Assembly (NCBI RefSeq): GCF_006345805.1
Contig: NC_042998.1
Coordinates: 193,564,001 to 193,628,000 of the forward strand
Length of the DNA stretch: 64,000 nucleotides
Direction: 5' to 3'
DNA from: Octopus sinensis
Lineage: Eukaryota
Shown here: piece by piece, positions 1 through 12,982 of the stretch
Layout of the letters: each line of letters begins with the position of its first letter
Position numbering within the stretch: position 1 is the stretch's first letter
The notes under the pieces: model-generated
The model's database searches: none
What the model saw: the letters and a program-made list of their open reading frames with translations, nothing else
What the model was told of the DNA's origin: nothing
Made by a program: the position numbers and the translations under genes

Positions 1-829
1 TCCGTTTGTTTCAGACTTCTCCTACCGGCGTGACCTGACCTGATGATATACACATCTTGTTTTATTATATGTAAGATTCATTTGTTATATAAGCTTTTTG
101 ATGTATAAGCGGGATAGCACAGGAACTTAATAAGATCCAAAACGTAAAGATTGAGATCCTTCTGTTAGACTTGTACATTTTCTCCTTGAAATGCAATTCT
201 GAAACAAACCAATGACTGAGTCGCTCTTGACAAGCTAGAAATAGAAACCAATCTCCCTCAGACCCGTTTTTTTGCCTTTAAAAAATTACTTTTGATTATA
301 TGGTTCTAGATACACAGTATCTTTAAATAAATTGTCACTGTCACGGCTTGAATGCATTTGATCAACGCTCAACTTGATCAAGCAGACCGGTGATCAAAAT
401 GATCGTTATTATTATCCTGATTAGGATAATGAGGGTCATCATCAAAATTAAAATTAGCATTATACTCATTAATAATAAACTACTTATATTTCATGGTGTT
501 GCAAGCAAGGATGTTTCAGCTTCCCACCTACCATACAGAAAATATTGTAAGCTCCAGAAAAGTCAGCTTCATGACTTGTCAATTTGAAGTGAAATCATTT
601 TCACTTCTTTTCCGCTACTTGTCTGTCTTCTAGTCTCATCATAAACAACAGAGAAACTGAATCATCGTTGACACAGATAAATGAACAGGAAGTTTTCATG
701 GGACAGCGAAAGAATCTCAAAATTGCTTCTGAACTTGCAAGAAATAGTAGACAAATCTCCTGTAAATGACATCTTACCCTCTTCTCAACAAGAAGTGGGA
801 CACAAGGAATAATATAATAATGGTTTCAA

Positions 830-1422
830 ATTTTGGCACGAGCCCAGCAGTTTTTTATGGGGTAGTCGATTACATCGACTCCAGTACACAACTACTTAGT
901 TTAACGAGCCTAAAAAAATGAAAGGCAAAATCAACCCCAGAGCAATGTGAATTCAAAGTATAAAGAAACGGAAGAGATGTTGCTAAGCATTTTGTCCGAC
1001 GTGCTAATGATTCTGACTGCTCACCGCTTTAACACAATGGATATTATAACTACCCTTTCTACTATAGAAACAAGGCCTGAAATTTTTTAAGGGGGCTAGT
1101 CAATTATATCGATCCCTGTACTCAAATGGTATTTATTTCATTGACTCCAAAAGGTTGGGAGGCAAAGTCGACCACGGTGGCTTATGATAATGTAATAATC
1201 CTTTCTCCTAAAGGCACAAGACCTGAAATTTTGGTTGAGGGGCCTACTTGTCGATTACATCGACCCCAGTACTCAACTAGAACTTACTTTATCGACGCTG
1301 AAAGGATAAAAGGCAAAGTGGAGCTCTGTGAGATTTGAACTCAGAATGCAAAGACAGACGAAATACCGCTAAGCTAACGTTTCTGCCCGGTGTGCTAACG
1401 ATTCTTCCATCTCGCCGCTTTA
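830..1422 (-). mobile_element. Cluster of three diverged fragments of tRNA-SINE family 2
   Basis: Reverse complements of the family-2 core (gtcgattacatcgaccccagt, gaaaggcaaagtc, gacgaaataccgctaagc, gtgctaacgattct) recur at about 830-1032, 1070-1170 and 1215-1422. Confidence 0.75.
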
Positions 1423-1649
1423 ATTGATAATGTAATGATGGATACATAATGACATTTCAAATAAAAAAAAAAAGAAACGCCATTCGATCACAGGACGCCT
1501 TTAATCATAAAAGTGTTTAATCAACATTAATTAGTTGATAAGCCATAAGAACCATTATTCTGGGATTTAGGGAAAGATTCAAATCAATAACATGAAAGTT
1601 CACCGATTCATTCAGAAGCAACCTATATCTGGAGATGCATTGATATATA

Positions 1650-2079
1650 TAAACTTAGATAAACTTAGATATGTTTCGACCAAACATTGGTCCAGGCCAT
1701 GTCTAACTTAATAGCACCGCCTGATAGGATTATCTGAATCCTGTTTAAGTCAAGTTTTGTTTATGGTCCATTCAAGTAGTGAGATTTTGTTGGGTGAGTT
1801 GTATCCAATTATGGGTGGCTTATCTGGTATTCCTTGAAGGAATCTATCCAGACTCCGTTTAAAGTTGATGGGATCCTTTTCTTCTTTGATCTCTTTTGGG
1901 ACAATGTTAAATAAGGCAGGGCCTGTTGAGGAAAAGAAATTATGTTGCAGTGTACATGTATGATGTGATCTGAATTGGGCAGGGGACGTATGGCCCGTGG
2001 TCCCAGTCTTGGATGAACCTTGAAGCTAATGTTCAGGTCGTTTGGGCAAAGTTGGCGGTGTATTCTCCACATCGTACAA
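1650..2079 (-). mobile_element. 3' end of a CR1/Jockey-group LINE (ORF2 C-terminus + 3' UTR)
   Basis: With one frameshift the minus strand reads WRIHRQLCPNDLNISFKVHPRLGPRAIRP...HNFFSSTGPALFNIVPKEIKEEKDPINFKRSLDRFLQGIPDKPPIIGYNSPNKISLLEW*, matching the GPxLFN.LP..I...FK..LD.FL..IPD.P tail of CR1-group ORF2. It ends in a tandem 10-mer (aaacttagat x2 on plus). Confidence 0.8.
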
Positions 2080-2459
2080 CTTTTATTTGTTTCAGTCATT
2101 TGACTGCGATCATGCTGGAGCACTGCCTTTAGTCGAGCCAATCGACCCCAGGACTTATTCTTTGTAAGCCTAAGTACTTATTCTATCGGTCTCTTTTGCC
2201 GAACCACTAAGTTACGAGTACACCAGCATCCGTTGTCAAGCGATGGCGGAGATGGGGACAAACACAGGCATACACATACACATAAATATATATATATACG
2301 ACAGGCTTCTTTCAGTTTCCATCTACCAAATCCACTCACAAGGCTTTGGTTGATCCGAGGCTATAGCAGAAGACACTTGCCCAAGGTACCACGCTGTAGG
2401 ACTGAACCCGGAACCATGTGGTTGAAAAGCAAGCTTCTTACCATACAGACACACCAACG

Positions 2460-2462
<3 letters not shown>
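2080..2462 (-). mobile_element. tRNA-SINE family 1, full length
   Basis: tRNA-like head at the right end (A/B-box-like motifs), central ccttgtgagtggatttggtagacggaaactgaaagaagcc block, internal (TA/CA)n and 3' tail gactgaaacaa. Confidence 0.9.
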
Positions 2463-2524
<62 letters not shown>

Positions 2525-2537
<13 letters not shown>

Positions 2538-2748
2538 TCTTTCATTATTTTATGTGTTTCAATCATTTGACTGCGACGATGCTGGAGCAGCGCCTTTAGT
2601 CGAAGAAATCGACCAAAGGACTTATTTTTTGTAAGCCTAATACTAATTCTATTGGTTTGTTTTGCCGAACCGCTAAGTTATGGGGACTTAAGCACCACCG
2701 ATATCGTTTGTCAAGCGATGGTGGATGGACAATCACAGACACACAAGC

Positions 2749-2809
<61 letters not shown>

Positions 2810-2843
2810 TATGTGTGTGTAAATGTGTGTGGGGGGGCTTCTT

Positions 2844-2850
<7 letters not shown>
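2525..2850 (-). mobile_element. tRNA-SINE family 1, 3' half
   Basis: The same 3' body as 2080-2462, broken at the internal microsatellite after gggcttctttcagttt. Confidence 0.8.
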
Positions 2851-2874
<24 letters not shown>

Positions 2875-3679
2875 GCATATTGGAAAGCGTAGTGGCCTTA
2901 ATACTTTTCAAGGCGTTCTAAATTTAAAAGGCGAAATTGAAGCTATCGACAGGCCTAAAATCTAACGAGAATGCTTGTATCAGAGAGGACACCGCTAAAG
3001 GAACCCTTGTGGACAAAGTTTTAATATTAAACAGAGTGACTTAATAAATAATTAATCTACTGCTCAAGAATAGAAACTGTCCTTCCTTCCGGCGAGGTTC
3101 TATACTGTTTCTGTTTACCAAATTTCATTCACAAGATTTTGAACTACATGAGGCTATGTTGGAAGATAGTTGCCCCAGGTGCAGTGCTGTGAGATCGAAT
3201 CCGAAACCAAGATATTACGGAACGAACTTCTTAGCCACACGGCCGTATATGTTAAATATGAAAAACAATAACTCGAGCGATGTTCATCGGTGGCATTTAT
3301 AATCTGACGACGTTCATTTCGCCCATGTAAGCTTCGCCTCTTTCCCTCTTCCCCAACACTAACCCGTTCATATTCTCATGATTATGTTAGATAGAAGTAA
3401 GTAAAGAACCTTAAGCATTGAGTTGTCCTAATATCTATGACATGTTCGTCAATCAAGAGAATGAAAGTTTATCCCTTCAGTAATGCCTGCTAAACTTAAT
3501 TTTACAAATCTAGTTGAATCTAGTTCAAATGTTGATGCCAAGATTTCTGACACAGGAATCCTAAAACCCACGTCAAACTTGACTTGCTTTCTAAGTTTCA
3601 GCAAATCTGATCTTTAATATTTATACTGATGTGTGTAGAACTTGTAAGCTTCTTAGTGCTGTACGCTAATAAATATATG

Positions 3680-3717
3680 TACGATGTATATATGAGTGTG
3701 TGTGTATACATACATGC

Positions 3718-3748
<31 letters not shown>

Positions 3749-3985
3749 CTCATATATATTATATATATTATATATACATGTATGTATGTATATGTATACG
3801 CATACACTTGTACACATGTACGCACACGCACAACACATATTCATACACACATATATACACAGATACATAAATACATACATATGTGCATATACATAATACA
3901 TGCATATATGAATATACATACATACGTATATACATGTGTATACATATACATATATATATATATATTATATATATATGTATATATG

Positions 3986-4035
<50 letters not shown>

Positions 4036-4050
4036 GTATATATATATATG

Positions 4051-4131
<81 letters not shown>

Positions 4132-4174
4132 TATACATATATATATACAAATATATATATATTATATATATATA

Positions 4175-4227
<53 letters not shown>
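3680..4227. repeat. Long compound (TA)n/(TATG)n/(CA)n microsatellite
   Basis: About 550 bp of nearly pure TA/TATG/TACA; the source of the IY-rich spurious ORFs. Confidence 0.98.
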
Positions 4228-4228
<1 letters not shown>

Positions 4229-5321
4229 AATGCCTGTCATTCTGGCTAAATTCTTATGACACCTAACGCTACATCAGTAAATGTTAGTCTTCTGCGGACA
4301 TCACACCAACATATACACGCACGCAAATGCACGCACACACAGATAACCATATAAGCATACACTCAAGCACATACCACAGCTTTCTCTATTTCTCTTTCAA
4401 ACATCATACATACTCCTCTTTCGTTATATTCTCAGCCTCTCCAGCACTCTTTCTTTCTTTAATCCATCTATATCTCTCCTCGCATCGTTATCTTCTTTTC
4501 CTATATACCGAGTCAGTGTATAAACATAATCAGAATATGTAGAGTGTCAGGCAAAATGCATTGTGATATTCATTTTGCGTTGCGAGTTCAAATTCGGCCG
4601 CGGCCGACTTTGCATTTTATCCTTGCGAGATCGATAAAATAAAGTACCAGTCTATTTATGGAGCTGATTGTTATTCCTACAATACATCCGAAATGAGAAT
4701 GAAACCATAACGGAAAAAGACTTTTCTGTCTCTAAATTACTGGTCTCCGTTCAGAACAAGGTGACACATTTGAAAGATACAGCTGACTCCATTTGACTCC
4801 AGCATATAACGGGTACTAAATATATTTAGATCCAGAGAGATGTCAAAATGTAAAGTCCATCTTGGCAGAATACCGACTTTATAAAAAAAAAAAAATGGAC
4901 GCCTTGGATAATGTCGTTTTTTAATATTACAAAAAAATTATCAATACTGGAACGTCTTTGATTATAGGTCTACATAATCTGATCTGAAGCAAGACTGGTG
5001 AAATAACAAAAGCTATAAAGAACCGTGGAAACAATCGATATGATTCATAGGTTAGTCACATGCTATCTGTTGTTTAAACCTGTCTCAATAGACGAAAAAT
5101 CAAAATGGTTTTGCGAAAGTCTTGTCTGGAAAATCATTGCCATGGGGAATTGTTTGGCTTATGTAGTTAAGTACCAATGCATTGCGGCGTACAGCAGGTA
5201 TTACTGCGGGGCTAAGAAGTTCGCTTTGTAACCAAGTTCTTCTAGGTTTACATACACATCGGCTGTAGAATAATCATTATACTGCCAGCAAAGTTTGCTA
5301 TACGGAACAGACTCTCCCCTC

Positions 5322-5360
<39 letters not shown>

Positions 5361-6444
5361 TGGTGTAACAAAAATATTAAATGGGTAATCATATATCATC
5401 ATCTATCTGTCTTTCTATCTATTCATCTATCAATCAATAGATAGATATAATTGTGTGCATGTGTGTGTGTATCTGTGTGTGTGTCTGTGTGTGTCTGTAG
5501 CTTTTAAAAATGGGAGCGAAAGCTAAGAACCTGTTGACAACAGATGTTTGTAACTCAGTATTTAAACAATATTCCATTACATTCTCTTATTAAAAGACGA
5601 GAAAAAAGCAATTCTGATATATATTTACAAATACGAAACAGCTTACATCTTCTTACTCACAACTAAATATATCTCATACCATATAAAAATAGTAGATTCC
5701 ATTAATAAAGGAATATTTATCTTACAGAATGCAGACGACAATATTTCCTAGAAAATGACTAAAATCATGAAAAAAAAATGACACTAACGATGTCTTTTAG
5801 TTACAAAAATAGCAAATCAATATCTGATAAGACTAGTCGAAATCTATCATACAATAAGATACATTAACTGTAAAGATATCGCTGGATATACTTCATTAAA
5901 GTGAGATAGATGAAATAGGTATAAAAATGATGGATGGATAGATGGATGGATGGATGGATGGATGAATGGATGGATATAGACTGCAACAAAGCTAAGGAAG
6001 AATTCAAGCTATATATGTCAAGCACGAACGCCTTTCAATATGTGTGATTATGTTTTTGTCGAACCATTTCAGAACATACATAACTTTAGCGATATATCAT
6101 CATTTACTTTGAACCGTAGCTTAATACATCGAATATCTACAATTTTTTTAGCGACGGCGGTGGCAAATATTGACAAATAGTTTTAATGCCAAGGTGATAG
6201 GTACTTATATAGGCTATAGCATTTACACGGCCCAGCAGTTCAACCAATTAATCATAACGTTGTATCAATATATGTCTCTTTGTTATAGAAAGATAGCTTG
6301 GTTGGCTGTGTTATGAAAGCTAGCGGACATTTTATACAGCAGAGAAATTACGTTAAATGTAAGAACATCGTGAACTACAATCTGGTCGTTTGGTACTTTT
6401 CTAGAGTTCACTCTAAAGCAATGTATTTCCTAAACTGAGGGCAT

Positions 6445-6463
6445 TGTGTGTGTGTGTGTGTGT

Positions 6464-6506
<43 letters not shown>

Positions 6507-6570
6507 GCATGTGTGTGTGTGTGCGTGTGTGTGTGTGTGTGTGCGTGTGTGTGTGTGTGTGTGTGCTTCC
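6445..6570. repeat. (GT)n microsatellite
   Basis: Direct reading of the sequence. Confidence 0.98.
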
Positions 6571-6589
6571 GTGTATGTGTATATTTTAT

Positions 6590-6941
6590 CTATTTTCTTT
6601 TACTTGTTTCAGTCATTAGGCTGCGGCCATGCTGGAGCGCCAACACGAACTCTTACTATTTTTAAAGGCTGATATATATTCTATCGGTCTTTGTTGCCGA
6701 ACCGCTAGCTTACGGGGCCAAGTAGTGTTTAGAGACAAATACAACCACGAATACGTACACACAAATACATATTTATATATACATATATACATTACGTGTG
6801 TGTGTGTATACAGGACAGCGACAGGATTCTTTCAGTTTTCATCTACCAAATCTACCATCAAATGTATGGTCGCCACGGGGTTATAGTAGAAGACACCCAA
6901 GCTGTCGCGCAGTGGGACTGAACCTAGAACCACATGGTTGA
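6590..6941 (-). mobile_element. tRNA-SINE family 1, head truncated
   Basis: Family-1 body and tail are present; the head breaks off at cacatggttg, where a transposase fragment begins. Confidence 0.85.
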
Positions 6942-7345
6942 AAATTCCGACATCATGATTGCAGCTCAATGCTCTGTGAACACTGTAACATGATATGGCG
7001 TGGACAGCCGCAACTGAGACTACCAAGCATGGCCAACAGTAAGGTACACAACAGGATGACTTCGTGCCGCTCCACATCTTTGAACAGGGTCTTAAGCTCA
7101 AGTTAGACGGTTATGTGAAGCTGCTGGAAACTGGGGTCAGACCTTGGCTGGAGAGGGTTCCTGCTGGAAGGCCACATGTGTAGCAGCAGAATTGTTATCC
7201 CATGGATTACTACGTCTGCAACATCATGGCCGAGCTAGTGGGCCAAGATCAAGGAGGTGCACGAAGATCTTCCCCGAGGCACGGTAAATAACGCATACGC
7301 CAGGTGCCAGAGCCGTCTTGATGCCGTAGTGGAAGCTGAGGGTGG
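6942..7345 (+). mobile_element. Internally deleted Tc1/mariner (maT-like) transposase remnant
   Basis: Frames read NSDIMIAAQCSVNTV, then DFVPLHIFEQGLKLKLDGYVKLLETGVRPWLERVPAGRPHV*QQ, NCYPMDYYV, and KIKEVHEDLPRGTVNNAYARCQSRLDAVVEAEGG*FE*. This resembles the DLNPMDYYVW and RLEAVVEAEGGYFE motifs of Tc1/mariner transposases. Confidence 0.8.
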
Positions 7346-7368
7346 CTAATTTGAGTAAACTCTTATCT

Positions 7369-7542
7369 CATACATACATACATACATACATACATACATA
7401 CATGCATATATACATACATACATACATACATACATACATACATACATACATACATACATACATGCATGCATGCATGCATGCATACATGCATACATACATA
7501 CATACATACATACATACATACATACATACATACATACATACA
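7369..7542. repeat. (CATA)n microsatellite at the 5' junction of an R4-type LINE
   Basis: Direct reading of the sequence. Confidence 0.97.
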
Positions 7543-9052
7543 ATGCCAGTAATTATACCAATATTTGGACTGCTTGATTGGACGCTTGATGAGATCCGAA
7601 CCATTCATGTGAAAACCCGAAAAATACTAACAAGCACACATAATTTCCACATCAACAGTGATGTAGACCGCCTCTATCTAAAACGAAAACAAGGTGGCAG
7701 AGGCTTAACAATGATTCAAAATGCTTTGAATGTCGTATCACATCCTTTCGGCAACATCTTTTAACCACCAAGTGTCGAAGTACATCTCTTGATCAAGTTT
7801 GCGTACATGAGGCTGATAACATCATAAGACTTGGAAGGCGGTTCCTTAAGCAACATTCTTTGTCTGATAACCTAGAATACATGCCCAAAGAAGTTGTGCA
7901 CGACTCTACCATAACGTATCATCAGATGAAAGGATGAGCCTATATGAGCAGAATACTATGCATGGATATGTTAGTAGAAAGCTCCGAGATGATAGTAACA
8001 TCGATCATCAAAGTAGTTTATCATGGACCAATAGCCGGATTACTACCTCCCACTTTGAAGGTATGTGTTTGCAATCCAGGAACAAGAAATATCAACCAAA
8101 TACCTGATTCACAAAAAGGATAGATATGCAGGAAAAACAGTAAAATGTGATAACCGATGCAAACTTTGTGGAGTTAATATCGAAGGTATCACCCACATCA
8201 TAAACAGCTGTCTGAAAATGTCATCACTGTATTATCTACCAATGCGACATGATATTGTAGCTAAGCCACTCTATAATGAAATCCGTCGGAAGGTTAACCC
8301 CGAGGACAAAGAAATAAGAGCTCACAGTATGGTAGACGCCATAGCCACTAATAAAAAGGAGTACTGGTGTAATGTCAATAAAATGTAAGCACAGAAGACC
8401 TGATATAATGATCTGGGATAGGGAAGAGAAATTTTGCACAGTTGAGGAAATCAGCTGCCCAGCGGACGTTACCATAAAGCTGAAGATCAGTAAAAAAAAA
8501 ATACCTACGCTGAACTATTGAGAAATCTGCAGTTACTCTATCCAAATTACAAGTTTATGTTAATACCTGTAATTATTGGAGCCCTGGGATATGTAACACA
8601 CTGCCTAAATACCAATCTGGAGAAATTAGGATTCTCAAAACCAGAAAGGAGAAAGCTAATTCGAAGACTACAGATCCAATCCATCACTGGAACTGTAAAA
8701 ATGTGTAAAACTTTCCAGAAGTTTATCATTTAAATATATATGAGCATGTCTATATGCATGAGAATACATACATAAAGCAAAACATACAAATTTGCACATG
8801 TACATCCATACACACATATACATAAATACATACATGCATGCATACATACATACATACATACATACATACATACATACATACATACACACATACATACATA
8901 CATACATATATACATACATAAATACATACAAACAAACAAACAAAAATACCGTGTTGTTCATGTTGAAATTCCAATGAAGGAGCCTTGAATCTAGGTTAGA
9001 AACCGGTTCTTTCTCTATTGGCAAGAAATCTCGAAATAAAACTGCACAATGA
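7543..9052 (+). mobile_element. 5'-truncated R4-clade (RLE) LINE, family A, with an internal (TACA)n in the 3' UTR
   Basis: RT thumb (NSDVDRLYLKRKQGGRGL), CCHC finger (CKLCGVNIEGITHIINSC...RHD) and RLE tail (PDLIIW..., IPVIIGALG, GTVKMCKTF*), with stops and frameshifts. A unique tail at about 8945-9052 runs into catac. Confidence 0.9.
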
Positions 9053-9059
9053 CATACGT

Positions 9060-9104
<45 letters not shown>

Positions 9105-9144
9105 TGTGGTGTGTGTGTGTGTGTGAGTGTGTGTGTGTGTGTGT

Positions 9145-9192
<48 letters not shown>
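9060..9192. repeat. (GT)n microsatellite
   Basis: Direct reading of the sequence. Confidence 0.98.
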
Positions 9193-9194
<2 letters not shown>

Positions 9195-10220
9195 AGTAAT
9201 GGACGGTCTGGAAAGGTCATAAGTTACCGCGTCTCTTCTCCTGACTACCTTATTACGAATTAAGAGAGAACGCTAACACGTGGTTTGCAAAGTATGAGAC
9301 TCAGCAGTGAAGACAAGTGGAGAAGGAAACACAGCAAAGAAAAACAAAACCGTGGAAATGCAGAAATAAGAACAACATTTTCAGACAGATTCAAAGGATG
9401 AATAGGAAATATAAATCTTGAACTGACGTAGAAAAGGATACAATTTGAAATTAAAAAGTGAATCATTAAAAGAAATATTGTGATTGTGATAAATAGACTC
9501 TACATCAACAACTATTAACAAGTCTCTACATCAACAACTTTTCCAGCGGCATTTCTCCTAACAGAACTAATTTGACAGAGAAAATCACTTGTGATTATTC
9601 GTTATTTGAAACATTGCCTTTCAAAATTAAGTCTTAATGATTGGGAACTAGCTGGTTTCATCATCAACAGACTCCTTGATTACAGGTGATGAGAGCTTGT
9701 TGAAATTGCGGACGCAGCTCTCTCTTAACAATAGGCTTTCTATCGACAACGAAACAGTCTGATCACCAGAACAACCTATTTCAAATACAATATTTTTTTG
9801 TCTCTTCTTTTGGTGGGGAAGAATGATAAAAATCTAATAATAAGCTGAACATTTCGTACGTTTTTATGTTGTTGTTCGTGGGGTTTTGTTTGCTTTTCTC
9901 TTGTTATTTTTCGCTTTTGTCATTGTGTTTTCTTTTAGCTTTCTCGCATTTTGCGAGTGTTTTATCTTTGTTCTGAGATTTTCCTGTAACCATGCTGTAG
10001 CCACACTACTGTAGCGATGCAACGATCATAGAGAAAGTTTAATACCGTTACTCTACATAACTTAGGTAATTATTCGCCATTTTATTAATTGGATATTAAA
10101 AAACATCTATGAACACAGTTCTTTGTAATTTCTATCGTTTCAAATCCCACGCAGAAATTATTTATGCATACATATAGCACATGAGCGTGTGTGAGTGCGT
10201 GCATGAGTGTGTGTGAGTAT

Positions 10221-11160
10221 GTGGTCTTGCGCGTGAGATGTATGGTCTTCCGCGTGGTGGTGTGGTCTTCCGGTGAATGTGTGGTCTTCCGCGTGAGTGT
10301 GTGATCTTACGCGTGAGTGTGTGATCTTACGCGTGAATGTGTGGTCTTCCGCGTGAGTGTGTGGTCTTACGCGTGAATGTGTGGTCTTGCGCGTGAGTGT
10401 GTGGTCTTACGCGTGAGTGTGTGGTCTTACGCGTGAATGTGTGGTCTTCCGCGTGAGTGTGTGATCTTACGCGTGAGTATGTGATCTTACGCGTGAGTGT
10501 GCCGTCTTACGCGTGAATGTGTGGTCTTACGCGTGAATGTGTGGTCTTACGCGTGAGTGAATGATCTTACGCGTGAGTGTGCGGTTTTATACGTGAGTGT
10601 GCAGTCTTAAGCGTGAGTGTGCAGTCTTAAGCGTGAGTGTGCAGTCTTAAGCGTGAGTGTGTGGTCTTACGTGTGAGTGTGTGGTATTACCCGTGAGTGT
10701 GTGGTCTTACGCGTGAGTGCGTGGTGTTATGCTTGAGTGTGTGGTCTTACACGTGAGCGTGTGGTCTTACGTGTGAGTGTGTGGTCTTATGCGTGAGTGT
10801 GTGGTCTTACGTGTGAGTGTGTGGTCTTACCCGTGAGTATGTGGTCTTACGCATGAGTGTGTGATCTTACGCGTGAGTGTGTGGTCTTATGCGTGAGTGT
10901 GTGGTTTTACCCGTGAGTGTGTGGTCTTACGCGTGAGTGTGTGGTCTTACGCGTGAGTGTGTGGTCTTATGCGTGAGTGTGTGGTCTTACGTGTGAGTGT
11001 GTGGTCTTACGTGTGAGTGTGTGGTCTTGCGCGTGAGTGTGTGGTCTTACCCTGAGTGTGTGGTCTTACGCGTGAGTGTGTGATCTTACGCGTGAGTGTG
11101 TGGTCTTACGCGTGAGTGTGTGGTTTTACGCGCGAGTGTGCGGTCTTAAGCGTGAGTGTG
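10221..11160. repeat. 20-bp minisatellite, about 47 copies, consensus GTGGTCTTACGCGTGAGTGT
   Basis: The 20-nt period is visible from the line register; a 1-bp deletion near 11051 shifts the phase. Confidence 0.97.
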
Positions 11161-11949
11161 TGTATATAAATACTCAATTTATAAAACTAGAAGAACATAA
11201 ATGATTTTTATAAGATGTGAATGCTATAGGAGTTACAGAGGGTCTACAGTTACATGTCAAGGCCCTATAAAACGAATGTCGTAAGTGCCTTGATACAAAC
11301 TCTAGGCTCTTGAGTAGTGCCTATAATATAGGCACCGGGGCAGTGTAAATAAGTGCTCTTGTCAGATGAATGGCTGGAAATTCTACTGATATTTCTACGA
11401 TGCTCATCACTAACTGAAGTTATTGGACATGTATATTTGTTTCTTCGTTTGGCTTTCTGTAATCAAATGTGATGTTTGCTGGTGATCAGGTCTAGTGTGA
11501 AGTAAGCAAATTTTTAGACAAATGCAAATTGTGATGTTCAGATAGTATTCATGAGAGCACGACGCAATATTTCACCTGTCTGCTATTAACCAATGAAATT
11601 AGAATCAACGGATGTTCCACAGCAGTATATTGATATTCATGCAACATTTTTATAGTAAAGTGCTATTTAACTTGATCTTCACAATAAATTTGACACTGCT
11701 CTTAGTATAGTGTCGTACCATCAGTAAATCTTCGAGTATTCTTAAATGTGTTTTTGAAAAGTAAACTAATTTTAATATATATACTTAATGTGTGTGTGTA
11801 TGTGTACGCGCACGAGTATACATATAACCACATTTGTTTAATTTGTTCATTAGTGAATTTGTTCTCGCACTATTCTGTTTGAAAGTATGATCAAGTGAAC
11901 AGTAACTAATTAACAGAATGTAATTTCGAGTAGTTAACCAAATAACTTA

Positions 11950-11995
<46 letters not shown>

Positions 11996-12037
11996 TATAT
12001 ATATGTATATATATATGTATATATATATATATATATA

Positions 12038-12360
12038 GGGGCACTCCGTCAATTACGACAACGAGGGTCCCAGCTGATCGATCAACGGAACAGCTTGCTC
12101 GTGAAATTAACGTGCAAGTGACTGAGCAATCAACAGACACGTGTATCCCTAACGTAGTTCTCAGGGAGATTTAGCATGGCAGAGAGTGTGACAAGGCCGG
12201 CCCTTTGAAATGCAGCTACAACACATTTTTGCCAGCTGAGTGGACTGGAGCAACGTGAAATAAAGTGTCTTGCTCAAGGACACAACGCGTCGCCGGGAAC
12301 TGAACTCACGACCTTACAATCGTGAGCCGAATGCCCTGACCACTAAGCCACGCGTCTTCA
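12038..12360 (-). mobile_element. tRNA-SINE with a family-4 head and a family-3 tail
   Basis: The head and body (ttgagcaagacactttatttcacgttgctccagtccactcagctggcaaaaatg) match 22947-23210; the tail (caaagggccggccttgtcac...gttaatttcacgagc...gacggagtgc) matches 24287-24655. Confidence 0.85.
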
Positions 12361-12372
12361 CACACACACATG

Positions 12373-12436
<64 letters not shown>

Positions 12437-12520
12437 GTATATACATATATATATATATGGTTGGTTAGCAAGCTACTACCACAACCCCACCCCTGCGCCT
12501 ATAAATATATATATATATAT

Positions 12521-12860
12521 TTCGTTTTGGGATTTGGTTTGCAAGATTCTTTATATGAGTTCGTGTGTTGAAGCATATTCTGTTGTGTCTGGGGAGAATC
12601 ATTTTCTTTTTGAGTTTCTTACAATTTTCGTTGCTTCTTACAACCTTTTCAATAAGAAATAAGTGAAAATTTGACCGGTGAGTGTGTTATATTATTGTAA
12701 CACACTCACCGGTAAAATTCCAATTATTACTTATTGAAAAGGTTGTAAGACGCAACGAAAATTTTATGAAACTAAAAAGAAGAAATAAGTGGAAATTTTA
12801 CCGGTGAGTATGTTACATTATAAGGCACAAAAAGAAACTGACTCTCCCCAGACACAACAG
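12521..12860. mobile_element. Fold-back element between (TA)n tracts, probably a Penelope-like terminus
   Basis: About 90-bp inner inverted arms are centred near 12697, with an outer pair ctgttgtgtctggggaga/tctccccagacacaacag. Each arm carries a degenerate hammerhead-like TTGAAAA-g-gttg..caac-GAAA motif. Confidence 0.6.
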
Positions 12861-12907
12861 TATATATATATATTATATATATTATATATATAAATATAAT
12901 ATATTAT

Positions 12908-12980
<73 letters not shown>

Positions 12981-12982
<2 letters not shown>

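Noticed and set aside
1675-1712. Hairpin gacca/tggtc followed by GAAAC (minus strand)
   Set aside because: No CUGANGA-like core precedes it; it is probably the LINE 3' stem-loop.
3598-4266. Long IY-, CV-, MYVC- and HT-rich ORFs here and throughout the ORF track
   Set aside because: They are translations of (TA)n, (GT)n, (TATG)n and trinucleotide repeats, not proteins.
8963-9012. Hammerhead-like CCAATGA...GAAACCGGT in the LINE family A tail
   Set aside because: Stem I does not pair, and the homologous copy at 57200 keeps an alternative hairpin (aagagc/gctctt) but not GAAAC. It is better read as a 3' UTR stem-loop.
10221-11160. Regular array that might look like a CRISPR
   Set aside because: There are no unique spacers, the units are contiguous, and the context is eukaryotic.
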